DNA of 64,000 bases from Limisphaerales bacterium (GTDB taxonomy: Bacteria; Verrucomicrobiota; Verrucomicrobiia; Limisphaerales; SXTU01), in NCBI GenBank assembly GCA_009773355.1, contig WRPG01000001.1, positions 337,809 to 401,808 on the forward strand, given 5' to 3'. Under the pieces are notes generated by a model. It had not been told where the DNA came from. It did no database searches and was given only the letters and a program-made list of their open reading frames with translations. Below, one piece after another: positions 26,508-37,400 of this stretch. Positions within the stretch are counted from its first letter, which is position 1. Each line of letters opens with the position of its first letter. Position numbers and translations under genes: made by a program.

Positions 26508-26825
26508 TCAATCACGCTCCCGCCGAATGCCCTCCTGCATCCGTCGCCCGATGGACGCCGGATTCTGCCGCATGTCCAAGATGGCGTGAATGCGGATTTC
26601 ACTGTCAGCAACGGTGTAGTAGATGCCGAAGGGAAACCGGCGAGAAAGCATCCGATGATATTTGCCAAACCACACGCGGTGAATGCCTGCATAGCGAGGT
26701 AATGCCTCCAAGTCCGTGAAAATCTGCCTCAGAAAATAACGGCCAATTCCCTCCTGCTGGTGCTCGTAAAACCAATATCCGTCGTCCAAGTCACGTTCGG
26801 CTTCATCAAGGACAACGACCCTCAT
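26508..26825 (-). CDS. type II toxin, RelE/ParE family
   Basis: 105 aa with FPFGIYYTV...IRIHAILDMRQNP, the typical ParE C-terminus. ATGA overlap with the upstream antitoxin. GC about 52%. Confidence 0.85.
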   Translation of the reverse strand: MRVVVLDEAERDLDDGYWFYEHQQEGIGRYFLRQIFTDLEALPRYAGIHRVWFGKYHRMLSRRFPFGIYYTVADSEIRIHAILDMRQNPASIGRRMQEGIRRERD

Positions 26826-27040
26826 GCCAGCTTCTGACGCAGGCGGGCTTTGACCTCCTCCACATCGCTGAACCGCGCCTCGCCACGAGCGATGCGCGCC
26901 TCGCGGGCAGCCAGCACCTCGCCATGCCAGCCGGGGCTGGCGACCTGCTGCTCATCCCGGCACAAGTCCTCCCAGAGTTGCTCCATGACCTGAAGCTTTT
27001 CCTCCGTGGTCATGCTGGCGAGAGGCAAGGTGGCGCTCAT
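26822..27040 (-). CDS. addiction-module antitoxin (CHP02574-type component)
   Basis: 72 aa. MTTEEKLQVMEQLWEDL...WHGEVLAAREARIARGEARF matches the addiction-module component signature. 4-nt overlap with the toxin. Confidence 0.8.
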   Translation of the reverse strand: MSATLPLASMTTEEKLQVMEQLWEDLCRDEQQVASPGWHGEVLAAREARIARGEARFSDVEEVKARLRQKLA

Positions 27041-27044
27041 GCGG

Positions 27045-28454
27045 TCACGCCTTCTTCTTCCAAATCAAATTCTGGTCCGGCGGGAACTGGCGCGGGCCGC
27101 GCTCGGTGGTCTGTGCGATGGCTTCGAGCCGGCCGGTGCTGTCGCCGAACTTGTCCACCTTCGCGTTCATGCGGTCGGCGAGGGAGACGAAGAGGTTGCA
27201 GAGCGGCGTCTCCTGCTTGAACTCCAGGCTCTGGCCGCTCTTGATGGTGCCGCCGCCGCGCCCGGCCAGCAGGATGGGCAGGTCGTGATGCGCGTGCCGG
27301 TTGCCATCGGCGAGGCCGCTGCCAAACATGATGGCGCAGTTGTCGAGCAGCGTGCCGTTGCCCTCTTTCACCGACTTCAACTTCTCCAGGAAGTAGGCGA
27401 ACTGGGTCGTGTGGAAGGTGTTTATTTTCGCAATCTTCGCCAGCTTGGCCTCGTCGCCGCCGTGGTGCGAGAGGTCGTGGTGGCCGTCCGGCACGCCGAT
27501 GAACGGGTAGCTCCGGTTGCTGCCGTCATGCGCCACGAGGAACGTCGCAATGCGCGTCGAGTCCGTCTGGAACGCCAGCACCATCAGGTCATACATCATG
27601 CGGATGTGCTGCTCGTAGCTGTAGTCCTGCGGCAGGAAGTCCTTCCGGGCGATGGGCGCGACGTTGGCGAGCTTGAATTTCTCGGCCTGCTGGATGCGTT
27701 CCTCCATCTCGCGCACGGCGGTCATGTATTCGTCGAGCTTGCGGCGGTCGGTCGCGCCGAGCTGGCGCTTGAGGGAGTTGGCGTCCTCCAGCACGAAATC
27801 GAGGATGCTCTGGTTGTATTGCTCGCGCTTTTGGCGGGCGGCGGCTTCCTCGGCGTTCGAGCCGTTGCCGAAGAGGCGCTCGAAAACCTGCTTGGGGTTT
27901 GCCTCGGGCGGCATCGGCGTAGCCGGCCCTTTCCATGCGAGATTGAACTGGTAGGCGCAGGAATAACCGCTGTCGCACGCGCCGGCAGTGCGGGCCTTGT
28001 CGCAGCCAAGCTCAAGGGAATCAAACCGCGTCTGCTTGCCGACCTGCTCGGCGAGCACCTGGTCAATCGAGACGCCGACTTGGATGTCCGCGCCCGCCGT
28101 CTTGCGGGCGCGCTGGCCGGTGAGCCAGGTGGCGTTCGCGCGGGCGTGGTCGCCGGCACCATCAGCGCCGGCCCGACCACTGACCTGCGCGAGGCCGGAG
28201 AGCACGCTGAAATCGTCCCGGTGCGCCACGAGCGGCTTGAGGATGGCCGGCAAGTCGTAGCCTTTGCCCACGGTCTCGGGCCACCAGTGCGCCATGTTCA
28301 TGCCATTGGGCACATACACGAACGCGGTGCGGCGGGGCGCGGTCTTCGCGGCGGCGGCCTTGAGCGCGGGCGTCATCGCGTCGAGCGCGGGCAGCGCCAT
28401 CAAGGTGCCGAGGCCACGGAGGAAGGTGCGGCGGGGCAAGGCGAGGTGTTTCAT
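27045..28454 (-). CDS. DUF1501 domain protein (sulfatase-like fold) with Tat signal
   Basis: RRTFLRGLGTLMALPAL twin-arginine leader at ATG 28454. GSNRSYPF, HHDLSHHG and LAGRGGG blocks typical of DUF1501. Confidence 0.92.
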   Translation of the reverse strand: MKHLALPRRTFLRGLGTLMALPALDAMTPALKAAAAKTAPRRTAFVYVPNGMNMAHWWPETVGKGYDLPAILKPLVAHRDDFSVLSGLAQVSGRAGADGAGDHARANATWLTGQRARKTAGADIQVGVSIDQVLAEQVGKQTRFDSLELGCDKARTAGACDSGYSCAYQFNLAWKGPATPMPPEANPKQVFERLFGNGSNAEEAAARQKREQYNQSILDFVLEDANSLKRQLGATDRRKLDEYMTAVREMEERIQQAEKFKLANVAPIARKDFLPQDYSYEQHIRMMYDLMVLAFQTDSTRIATFLVAHDGSNRSYPFIGVPDGHHDLSHHGGDEAKLAKIAKINTFHTTQFAYFLEKLKSVKEGNGTLLDNCAIMFGSGLADGNRHAHHDLPILLAGRGGGTIKSGQSLEFKQETPLCNLFVSLADRMNAKVDKFGDSTGRLEAIAQTTERGPRQFPPDQNLIWKKKA

Positions 28455-28621
28455 GGTTTTCAATGCTGGTCGCAACGTAGGGCGGCTGGCCCTGCTCTGC
28501 AAGACACCTGATACTGACTGGCGGTTACGACGGCGTGTTCAGAGAGGAGCGCCGAGCATCGTTCGGCAAGGGCGGCCAGCTTCGCCTGACGTGCCGAGCA
28601 ATGCTCGGCGCTCCGATGGCT

Positions 28622-31600
28622 TCACCGGCTCGCCACATGGGCGTCCCCTTCGCCGCGCCGCCTCTGGAAGGGCACGCTGTTGACCACCTCCAGCACGAGG
28701 CCGGAGAAGGTATGGCGGCGCTTGGCGAGACCATCGGCGATGCCCTTCACCGCCGGCCGGTCGTAATACTCCAGTCCGCGCCCGAGCGAATAGGTGAGCA
28801 GCTTCTCCACAAGGCAGCGGACGTAATCCTCCTGCTTCTTCGTGGCCAGCAGCTTCGCGAGGTCCACGGGGCCTTGGAACTTCTCCGCCGCGCTCAACTC
28901 GCCGCTCGGGTCAATCGCCGCGCCCGCGTCCCGCGACCGGAACGCCCCGATGGCATCGTAGTTCTCCAAGCCGAAGCCGATGGCGTCCATCTTCGTGTGG
29001 CACGACGCGCAGGTCGGATTGGCCCGGTGCTGCTCCATCTTCTGTCGCAGCGTGCCGGTGAGCTGCTTTTGCTGCTCCAACTCCGGCACGTTCGGCACGG
29101 GCGGCGGCGGCGGCGTGGCGAGGAGATTTTCCAAGACCCACTTGCCGCGCTTCACGGGCGACGTGCGCGTCGGGTTCGAGGTTAGGGTGAGAATACTCGC
29201 GTGGGTCAAGACGCCGGCGCGTGGCGTGCCCTTGAGGCTCACGCGCTGAAACTCCTCGCCCGTCACGCCCGGGATGCCGTAGTGCTTCGCCAGCCGCTCG
29301 TTGACGAACGTGTAGTCCGCCGTGAGGAACTCAAAGACGCTCCGGTCCTCGCGCAGCACCGTCTCGAACAGCAGTTCCGTCTCGCGCGTCATGGCGGCGC
29401 GCAGCTTCGCGTCGTAGGTCGGGAACAGTTTCTTGTCCGGCTGGAGGATGGCGAGATTGCGCAGTTGCAGCCATTGCCCGGCGAAGTTCTCGACGAGCGC
29501 CTTGCTCTTCGGGTCTTTCAACATCCGGCGCACCTGCGCTTCGAGCTGCTTGCGCAACTGGCCGCGCTCGGCCAGTGAGAACAGCTCGGCGTCCGGCATC
29601 GTGCTCCACAGGAAGTAGCTCAGGCGCGACGCCAGCGCGAACTCGTTGACGGCGTGAACTGACTTCGGGTTGTCCGGCTCCGGCTGCAGCTCGCCGCGAA
29701 AGAGGAAGTTCGGCGAGACCAGCACCGCCTTGAGCGCCTGCGCCACGCCGCCCTCGAACGGCTCGCCGTTCTTCCGGCCCAGATCGTAGAGCTTCATCAG
29801 CCGCTCCACCTCCGACGCCGTCACCGGGCGGCGATACGCGCGCTTCGCGAAGGCCCCGATGACCTCGCGCGCGACCTGTGGTTCGGTCTCCCGTGTCGCG
29901 CGCTTGAAGAAGATGCGCCGGTGCGTCTCCGGCAGCATCTCGGCGGCGGCCTCGGGCGGGCCTTCGATTTCGAGGTGATGCACATGGATGGTCCCCTTCT
30001 GGTCCTTGCCCGACTTCCACTCGGCGGACTTCTCGGGCGACAAGCCGGTCTTGTCGCGCAGCACGACCACGCGCAGGAGATGCTTGCCCGCCGGCAGCCG
30101 GAACTTCGCCTCGTAATGCTGCGGCGCGCTCTCGTCCGCCTCCACCTTCACCGAGCGGAGGGTTTCCTTGTCGCGCATGAAGGTGAGCACCATCGCGTTT
30201 GAGCCGGTCGCCTTCGCCCACGCCAGCGTGCGGAGGAAATACTCGCCGTCGCGCGGCGCAATGAAGTCAAACGCCACGTCGTCCTCCTCGACGCTGTTCA
30301 AGGACACCCAGCCGTCGCCCAGCGATTTCGCGTTGTAGCCCACGAGCAGCAAGTCCGGCAGCAGGCGCACCACCGCGTTCGGCGTCGGTTCCACGACCTC
30401 CACCCAGTCCACCGCGAAGGCCCGCGTCTGCGAGCGGCCCCGGTTGTCCTTCGGCGTCGTGTAGGGATTCACGAGCGCCATGCTCAACTCGTGCTGCCCC
30501 GCGCCCAGCTGCACCGGGAGCTCTGCGATATGCGACAGGTCCGGGTCGCCGCGCACCTCGATGACCTTCACCATCTTGCCGTCCACGCGAATCTCCATCT
30601 TCGTCGTCTCGGGCGCGACGTGCCGCGTCTGCGTCGAGAGCCGCAGCCGGTGCTCGCCCGCGCGTGCCACCGAGAACTTCGCCGTCAACGGCTTCGTGCC
30701 GGAGACGCGCCGGGGCGCGTCAGGACTCGTCGTGTCGTTGCCGCCCTTGAGCTGCCGCGCGGCGATGCGCTGCGCCGTGGGCCGGGCCAGCTCGGTTGCC
30801 TCGGGCGGGTCAACCAACTCGATTTGCTCAATCGCCAGACCGCGCGAATACTTCGTCCCCGTGCCCGCCGGGCCGTCGTGCGGATTGAGCAGTCCGAAGG
30901 AGAGCGTGTGGCTCCCCGCGTTCAAACGCACGTCAAACTCCACCAGCGTCGGCGACTCCAGCGTGCCGTTGACGGACACGGTCTTCACGGCGTTGCCATC
31001 CACGCGCACCCCCATGCGCGCCGTCTCCTGGCCGGAAATGCGCTCCGCCGCGAGGATGCGAAACCGATGCTCGCCGGTCTTCGCCGTGGTGAAACGCATC
31101 GTCGCCGCGCCCTTGGTGAACATCCGCATCGTGCCCGTCGCGCCGACGTAGGTTTCCACCGGCCCTTCGAGGGCTTCGGTATCGAGCCGCGTGGAGCGAA
31201 CGCGCGGCGCGGGCGGGACGACGATGGCTTGCGCCAGAATCTTGTCCGCCGCCGTGAGATACTTTTCCAGGAGCACCGGCGGCATCGAAAGCACGTCGCC
31301 GATGTTGTCGAAGCCATAGCCCGCGTCGTCCGCCGGGAAATCGTCGGCCGGGCGGAAGCGGACACCGACAAGGTCGCGGATGGTGTTGTTGTATTCCGTG
31401 CGGTTGAGCCGGCGGATGGTCACGCGGCCAGGGTCGGGATTCTTCGGGTCGGTCTTGAACACCTCGAAGTCAATCCACGCCTGCATCACCGCGCGCTCGT
31501 CGAGCGTGGGCTGCTTCTTCTTGTCCGGCGGCGGCATCTCGCGGTTGCGGATGTTGACCACCGTCTGGTCCCACAGCTTCCGGTCCGCCAGCAGGTCCGC

Positions 31601-31807
31601 GTGCGACTTGTATTTGTCAAACTCCACCCCGCCCTTCTTCACTCCGTCCGCATGGCAGTCGTAGCAATACTTCTTGAGCAGCGGGAGCACGTCCTTCTGG
31701 TAGGACAGCTTGGCCGGGTCCTTGGCCGACGGCGAACCGAAGAACGCCGCGAACCCCATCGGAGCGGCGACCAGCCAGAGCAGACCGGCGAAAGACAATT
31801 GCTTCAT
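28622..31807 (-). CDS. PSCyt/PSD multi-domain protein (DUF1587/1592/1595/1588/1585 family, N-terminal cytochrome-c motif)
   Basis: Signal peptide at ATG 31807. CYDCHADGVKKGGVEFD heme motif. C-terminal CASCHTKMDAIGFGLENYDAIG block. Usual partner of DUF1501. Confidence 0.92.
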   Translation of the reverse strand: MKQLSFAGLLWLVAAPMGFAAFFGSPSAKDPAKLSYQKDVLPLLKKYCYDCHADGVKKGGVEFDKYKSHADLLADRKLWDQTVVNIRNREMPPPDKKKQPTLDERAVMQAWIDFEVFKTDPKNPDPGRVTIRRLNRTEYNNTIRDLVGVRFRPADDFPADDAGYGFDNIGDVLSMPPVLLEKYLTAADKILAQAIVVPPAPRVRSTRLDTEALEGPVETYVGATGTMRMFTKGAATMRFTTAKTGEHRFRILAAERISGQETARMGVRVDGNAVKTVSVNGTLESPTLVEFDVRLNAGSHTLSFGLLNPHDGPAGTGTKYSRGLAIEQIELVDPPEATELARPTAQRIAARQLKGGNDTTSPDAPRRVSGTKPLTAKFSVARAGEHRLRLSTQTRHVAPETTKMEIRVDGKMVKVIEVRGDPDLSHIAELPVQLGAGQHELSMALVNPYTTPKDNRGRSQTRAFAVDWVEVVEPTPNAVVRLLPDLLLVGYNAKSLGDGWVSLNSVEEDDVAFDFIAPRDGEYFLRTLAWAKATGSNAMVLTFMRDKETLRSVKVEADESAPQHYEAKFRLPAGKHLLRVVVLRDKTGLSPEKSAEWKSGKDQKGTIHVHHLEIEGPPEAAAEMLPETHRRIFFKRATRETEPQVAREVIGAFAKRAYRRPVTASEVERLMKLYDLGRKNGEPFEGGVAQALKAVLVSPNFLFRGELQPEPDNPKSVHAVNEFALASRLSYFLWSTMPDAELFSLAERGQLRKQLEAQVRRMLKDPKSKALVENFAGQWLQLRNLAILQPDKKLFPTYDAKLRAAMTRETELLFETVLREDRSVFEFLTADYTFVNERLAKHYGIPGVTGEEFQRVSLKGTPRAGVLTHASILTLTSNPTRTSPVKRGKWVLENLLATPPPPPVPNVPELEQQKQLTGTLRQKMEQHRANPTCASCHTKMDAIGFGLENYDAIGAFRSRDAGAAIDPSGELSAAEKFQGPVDLAKLLATKKQEDYVRCLVEKLLTYSLGRGLEYYDRPAVKGIADGLAKRRHTFSGLVLEVVNSVPFQRRRGEGDAHVASR

Positions 31808-31954
31808 GTATGCGCGCACGATGACAGGGAGCCAGACGCCCGGCAACCCACGGAGATTGCGCCGAGGCAGGCAACGGGTGGGAACGAACCTCAAACGAAT
31901 TGCAGCGGAAACGCCGTCCTTCACCGGACGGAAGCGTCGCTGGCACCCACCGGC

Positions 31955-32149
31955 TCAGAGCAGGCAAATCACCAGCGCGCTGGCGAAGGCGGTGATGGCG
32001 AGCTTGTCCACGGAGTGGCGGCCGAGGCTGCTGTCGCCAATCTGGGTCTCCGGGAAGAAATGGAAGTCCATCTCTCGCGCCGTCATCACGGCCAAGAGCA
32101 AGCCGGTGAGGCCCATCATCGTGGCAAAGGCTATGACCGAGGGTTTCAT
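31955..32149 (-). CDS. possible small two-TM membrane protein (64 aa)
   Basis: ATG 32149 (MKPSVIAFATMMGLTGLLLAV...AITAFASALVICLL). Lies between the sulfatase and PSD genes. No homology recognised. Confidence 0.35.
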   Translation of the reverse strand: MKPSVIAFATMMGLTGLLLAVMTAREMDFHFFPETQIGDSSLGRHSVDKLAITAFASALVICLL

Positions 32150-32232
32150 GGTGCGGACAGCATCGCGCAATTCCCCGAAAAAACAAGCCGGCGCTGCCAT
32201 CGCTGGTTTCCCGACCTGCCTTGATAGCCCGC

Positions 32233-34122
32233 TCACTTCGCCGCCCTGAGGACGACCTGCGGCAAGTCCATCACCACCGGGCCGGGCTTGGACTTGGGCT
32301 TCACCGTGAGCGTGTAGCGGCCGGGCTTGTCGAAAATCAGCTCGCCGATGTCGCGCTTCACGAAGGCTTGAAAGCCGCCGGTCTGCTCGACCTTGAACAG
32401 CAGCTTCTGCGCGCCGACGGCGAACTCGACTTCGCTGCCGCCGCTGCCGTTGCCGCAGCCGTAGGTGATTTCCATCGTGAACTTGCCAGGCTTTACGACC
32501 TCGAAGTCCCAGCTCGCCCAGTCGGTCGGGTTCACCCAGTAGCCGAGCGTGTTTTTGTGCGGCAGCGGCTCGAAGCGCAGCATCGCGCCGAAGACATCCG
32601 CGTGCTTGCCGAGCATCGTGATGGTGCCGTCGGCGGCCTGCGGGCTGGGACGGTAGCCGGGGTTGGGCTGCATCATCTGCGCGCCGGTGGCGATGCGCCA
32701 GCGGTCGAGCTTGCCGACCATCCCCTTCACGCGCGCGGTGTGCGTCGGGTCTTCGGCGAGATTGCGGTTCTCGCCGGACTTGAGGTCAAAGAGCTCCACG
32801 CGGCCCGTTTCGTAGAACTCGATGAGCTTGAAGTCGCCGTCGCGAATCGCGCCGCCGGGCTTGCCGCCTTGGTTGCTGTAATGCGGATAATGCCAGAAGA
32901 GCGGACGCGCGGCGGGCGCGCCGGTGCCCTTGAGCAACCCCGCGAGTGTGACGCCGTCAATGACGTTTGGTGTCCCGGCTTCAGCCGGCTCGGGCGACTT
33001 GGCTCCGGATGCCGGACCGCCTGAAGGCGGGACACCGAGCGGGAGACCGGCCAGATCCATGATGGTCGGCAGGTAATCCACGCTGCTCATCGCGTTGGTC
33101 GCCGTGCTGCCGGGCTTGATGCCCGGCCCGCGCACGAGCAACGGCACGCGGATGCCCCCTTCGTAGAGGTAGCCTTTGCCCTCGCGCAACGGCGAGTTGA
33201 TGGTCGCGGGCGTGCTCGGACCTTCGAGCGTCGCGAGCCCGCCGTTGTCGGAGGTGAAGAAGACGTAGGTGTTGTCCGTGAGCTTGAGGTCGTCGAGCTG
33301 CTTGAGAATGCGGCCGACGCTCTCGTCCATGCTCTCCATCATCGCGGCGTAAATGGCGTTGGTCTGCTGCCCGGCCTTGCCCGTGACCTGCGGATACTTG
33401 GCGATGTAGTCGGCCTTGGCCCGCAGCGGCGTGTGGACGGCGTAGTGCGCGAAATAGAGGAAGAACGGCTTGTCCTTGTTTGCCGCGATGATTTTCTCAG
33501 CTTCGGTGGTGAGGCGGTCGGTCAAGTATTCGCCATCCTTGGCTTGCGCGAGGCCGGTCATGGCCACGAACTTGCCATCCTTGCCCTTCCCTCCGAACGG
33601 CGCGAAGTAGCTCCTCGGCGTGCCCGTGCTGTCGCCCGCGATGTTGATGTCGAAGCCCTGTTTCTGCGGCTCGAAGCCCTCGCCGCCGAGATGCCATTTG
33701 CCGACGTGCGCGGTGACGTAGCCGGCGGCCTTGAGCCGCTCGGCGATGGTGACTTCGCCGAGCGCGAGCTGCTGGTTGATGATGGGCCGCGCGAGGCGCT
33801 GGTCGGGGCGGTCGCCACGGCCGGGCAGCCAGTCGGTGAGATGGAGGCGCCCGGGATACTTGCCGGTCATGATGCTGGCGCGCGTGGGCGAGCACACGGG
33901 GCACGCGGCGTAGGCGTCGGTGAACTTCATGCCCTGCGTGGCGAAGCGGTCGAGGTTGGGCGTGCGGTAGAACTTGCTGCCGTAGCACCCGAGGTCGCTC
34001 GCCCCGAGGTCGTCAATCAGGATGAAGATGAAGTTCGGCTTGGGCGCGGCGGTGGCGAAGAGTTGCAGCGCAATCAACGCGACCAACAGCAGTGCGGAGC
34101 GGAGGGACGAAAGGCTTTTCAC
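32233..34122 (-). CDS. sulfatase (formylglycine-dependent) with C-terminal beta-sandwich extension
   Basis: FILIDDLG and the C-S-P-T-R motif (PVCSPTRASIMTG). GTG start and signal peptide. Confidence 0.92.
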   Translation of the reverse strand: MKSLSSLRSALLLVALIALQLFATAAPKPNFIFILIDDLGASDLGCYGSKFYRTPNLDRFATQGMKFTDAYAACPVCSPTRASIMTGKYPGRLHLTDWLPGRGDRPDQRLARPIINQQLALGEVTIAERLKAAGYVTAHVGKWHLGGEGFEPQKQGFDINIAGDSTGTPRSYFAPFGGKGKDGKFVAMTGLAQAKDGEYLTDRLTTEAEKIIAANKDKPFFLYFAHYAVHTPLRAKADYIAKYPQVTGKAGQQTNAIYAAMMESMDESVGRILKQLDDLKLTDNTYVFFTSDNGGLATLEGPSTPATINSPLREGKGYLYEGGIRVPLLVRGPGIKPGSTATNAMSSVDYLPTIMDLAGLPLGVPPSGGPASGAKSPEPAEAGTPNVIDGVTLAGLLKGTGAPAARPLFWHYPHYSNQGGKPGGAIRDGDFKLIEFYETGRVELFDLKSGENRNLAEDPTHTARVKGMVGKLDRWRIATGAQMMQPNPGYRPSPQAADGTITMLGKHADVFGAMLRFEPLPHKNTLGYWVNPTDWASWDFEVVKPGKFTMEITYGCGNGSGGSEVEFAVGAQKLLFKVEQTGGFQAFVKRDIGELIFDKPGRYTLTVKPKSKPGPVVMDLPQVVLRAAK

Positions 34123-34200
34123 GGCGCAATGCTGCCGAAGCTGACTTGGAACTCAAGCCTCCGGTTGGTTGGAATCATTCATTTGTCCAGGCTTTCCCAT

Positions 34201-34290
34201 CAACGCAAAGGCGCAGAGGGCGCAGAGATTCGCGAAGAAGCAAACGCCTCAAACTCTGCGCTTCTTTGCGTCCTCTGCGCCTTTGCGTTG
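34201..34290. repeat. palindromic element, family C
   Basis: CAACGCAAAGGCGCAGAGG (34201-34219) has an exact reverse complement at 34272-34290. Further GCAGAG/CTCTGC units lie inside. Confidence 0.9.
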
Positions 34291-34391
34291 AAGATGAGGA
34301 TCACGGCGCATCGAGACCGAGCCAACCGGAAGAATGGTTTTCAACCCGCCGGGACTTGCTAACGTCCCCTCATGCCGCCGACGCCGCATCC

Positions 34392-34419
34392 GCTTACGCA
34401 TTACGCATTACGTTTTACG
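34392..34419. repeat. four tandem heptamers (GCTTACG CATTACG CATTACG TTTTACG) abutting a start codon
   Basis: The array ends at the nucleotide before ATG 34420. Confidence 0.85.
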
Positions 34420-37400
34420 ATGGTCTGTTTCACGGTTGCGTTCGCCACGTTGGCCCTCCCCCTCCCCTGCCCCGCCCAGCATTCCACCAACACCGCTGCC
34501 GAGGCCAAGCTCAAGCAACTCCAGGTCGCGCCCGGCCTGAAGGTTGAACTCGTCGCCGCCGAGCCGCTGCTGCAAAACCCCGTCGCGTTCAGCGTGGATG
34601 AACGCGGGCGGTTCTTCATCGCCGAGACGCACCGCTACAAGAAGGCCGTCTTCGACATCACGCAGCGCGTGCCGTGGCTGCTCGACGACCTGAGCTGCCG
34701 CACCGTCGCCGACCGCGAGGCCCTGCTGCGCCGACACTTCCCCGGCACGAACTTCTCCGTCCTGACCAACGACTCCGAAATCATCCGCCTCGTCGAGGAC
34801 ACCGATGGCGATGGTCGCGCGGACAAGTCATCCATCGTCGCCACCGGCTTCAACGCCCCGACCGCCGGCCCAGCAGCGGGCATCCTCGCGCGGAAGGGTG
34901 AAGTGTGGTTCACATGCCTCCCGGACCTGTGGCGCATTACGAATTACGATTTACGAATTACGAGTCCCTCGCCCTCCGGCGCACCGCTCGTAAATCGTAA
35001 ATCCCAAATCGCCTCCGGCCTCGGCGTCCACATCTCCGTCACCGGCCACGACCTCCACGGCCTCACCTTCGGCCCGGACGGCCGCCTCTACTTCAGCCTT
35101 GGCGACCGCGGCTTCGAGCTGCGGCCCGGCATGAAGCACCCCGGCTTCAGCGCGGATTACCTTCGCCGCATCGCGCCCGACACTGGCGCGGTCTTCCGCT
35201 GCCAGCCCGACGGCTCCGAGCTGGAAATCTTCTGCATTGGCCTGCGCAACCCGCAGGGCCTCGCCTTCGACGCGCTCGGCAACCTCTTCACCGTGGACAA
35301 CGACACCGCCGGCCCGGACAAGTGCCGCCTGCTCCACCTCGTCGGAGGCGGCGACTACGGCTGGCGCATCAGCTACCAGCACATGAAGAACTTCGGCCCG
35401 TGGGTCACCGAGGGCCTCTGGCGCGGCGGCGCGGGCGACATCCTTCCCACGAGCGGCGAGGCCGCCCAAGGCCCCGCCGGCTTCGCCTTCTATCCCGGCA
35501 CCGGCCTGCCCGACCGCTACACGAACCACTTCTTCATCTGCGACTTCCCCGGCGGCGTGTGGAGCCTCAGCCTCAAGCCGCGCGGCGCGAGCTTCGAGCT
35601 GGCCGCCCGCGAGAAATTCCTCTGGAACCTCCTGCCCACGCACTGCGCCTTCGGCCCCGACGGCGCGCTCTACGTGAGCGACTGGGTGGAAGGCTGGGGC
35701 CAATCGGAGAAGGGACGCATTTACCGGGTGAGCGACCCGGCGCAAGTGGGCAGCGCGAAGCTGGCGGATGTGAAGCGGTTGCTGGCAGAGGGCATGGAGA
35801 AGCGCACGATTGTAGAACTCGGAAAACTACTCGGCCACAGTGACGAGCGCGTTCGACAAGCGGCCCAGTTTGGATTCGTCCAGCGGACTGTATCCATTTT
35901 GAAACAGAAAAAGGATGGGCGGTTAAATTACCGTGACGACACGCAGCCGCTGGATGAACTGCTTCCGCTTGCTTACGATTTGCACAAGAACAATCAACCC
36001 CGCGGAGGGGCAACGATTGCCAGATTGCACGCAGTTTCAGCCCTCGCTCAAATCGCTCGACTTAAAGGGACAGTTGTAGGCTTTCCTGTGGTAAGCAGTG
36101 GAGCGAAAGGTCCCCCGGGGCCATATGAAGAGGCAATCGGGTGGCATGTGGCACCACTTCTGTTGCTTCAACGCGACCCCGTTGAACTACGTTCAGCTAC
36201 GCTCAAGCTGACGGCTGGAATTACGGCGGAAACGCCCTATTGGCACACTTGGAAGTATTACCTACAGCCATGCTTGCGCGACATTGAACCGAGAGTCCGG
36301 TTCGAAGCTGCAATGGCCATCGCCCATCTGCGTAACCCTGTCTTCGCTGGTTTGCCGGAACAACTGCTTCGGAGTAACGCCGACACCGACCCCTACCTCA
36401 CCCACGCCGGCATGATGGCCTTGCTCGGCATCGGCGACTTCGACGCCATCCAGCGCGCCGCGCGGGACGAGTCGCCCGCCGTGCGCCGGGCGGCGATGCT
36501 GTGCATGCAGCGGTTGCTGCGCCCGGAAATCGCCCAGTTCCTCCGCGACCCCGACCCGCGCCTCGTCCTCGAAGCCGCCCGCGCCATCAACGACGCCGGC
36601 ATCGAATCCGCCTACCCCGCCCTCGCCGCGCTCGTAGCACGACATTCCAATGTCGTGACTGCGGCTCCCCCCTCGCCATCGGCTCCGACCGGCCCGCAGG
36701 CGGCCGCAACGACTCGACATTGGAATGTCGAGCTACAGGAGTCGCTCCGCCGCCGCGCCTTGAACGCCCACTACCGCCTCGGCCACGCCACGAACGCCCA
36801 AGCCCTCGCCGAGTTCGCCACGAGCACCAATGCCTCCGACACCCTCCGCGCCGAGAGCCTCTTCCTCCTCGGCGCGTGGAAAATCCAGCCCGCCACGCCC
36901 GGCAACGTCCCCGCCAAAATCGCCAGCGTGGACGGCCACGGCTCCACGCCGCTCGTGAACCCGGAGAACTGGCCCGGCTGGTTCGACCACGTCTGCGGTC
37001 TCTGGCGTCCCCTCCCGCCGCGCGATGCCACCGCCGCCCGCGACGCCCTCGTAGCACGACATTCCAATGTCGTGACCTCCGGCACCGACAGCGCAACGAC
37101 TCGACATCGGAATGTCGAGCTACCTGCGCCGCTCTTCGTCCATCTGCTGCACGCCCCCGGCACCAACACCGTCCTCGCCGCCATCGCCGCCGTGGAGAAA
37201 CTCGCGCTCACCGAAGCCGCCCCGCACCTCGCCGAGTTGGTCAAAGCCCCTTCGCAGCCCGCACCCATCCGCGTCGCCGCGCTCCGCACGCTCGGACAAC
37301 TCAGCGGCAACGGCACGCGCGCGTCTTCTCCCTCTCTTCCGCAGAGCGGAGGAGAGGGCCGGGGAGAGGAGGCGCGTCCCGCTGGAAAGACAAGCTCCCC

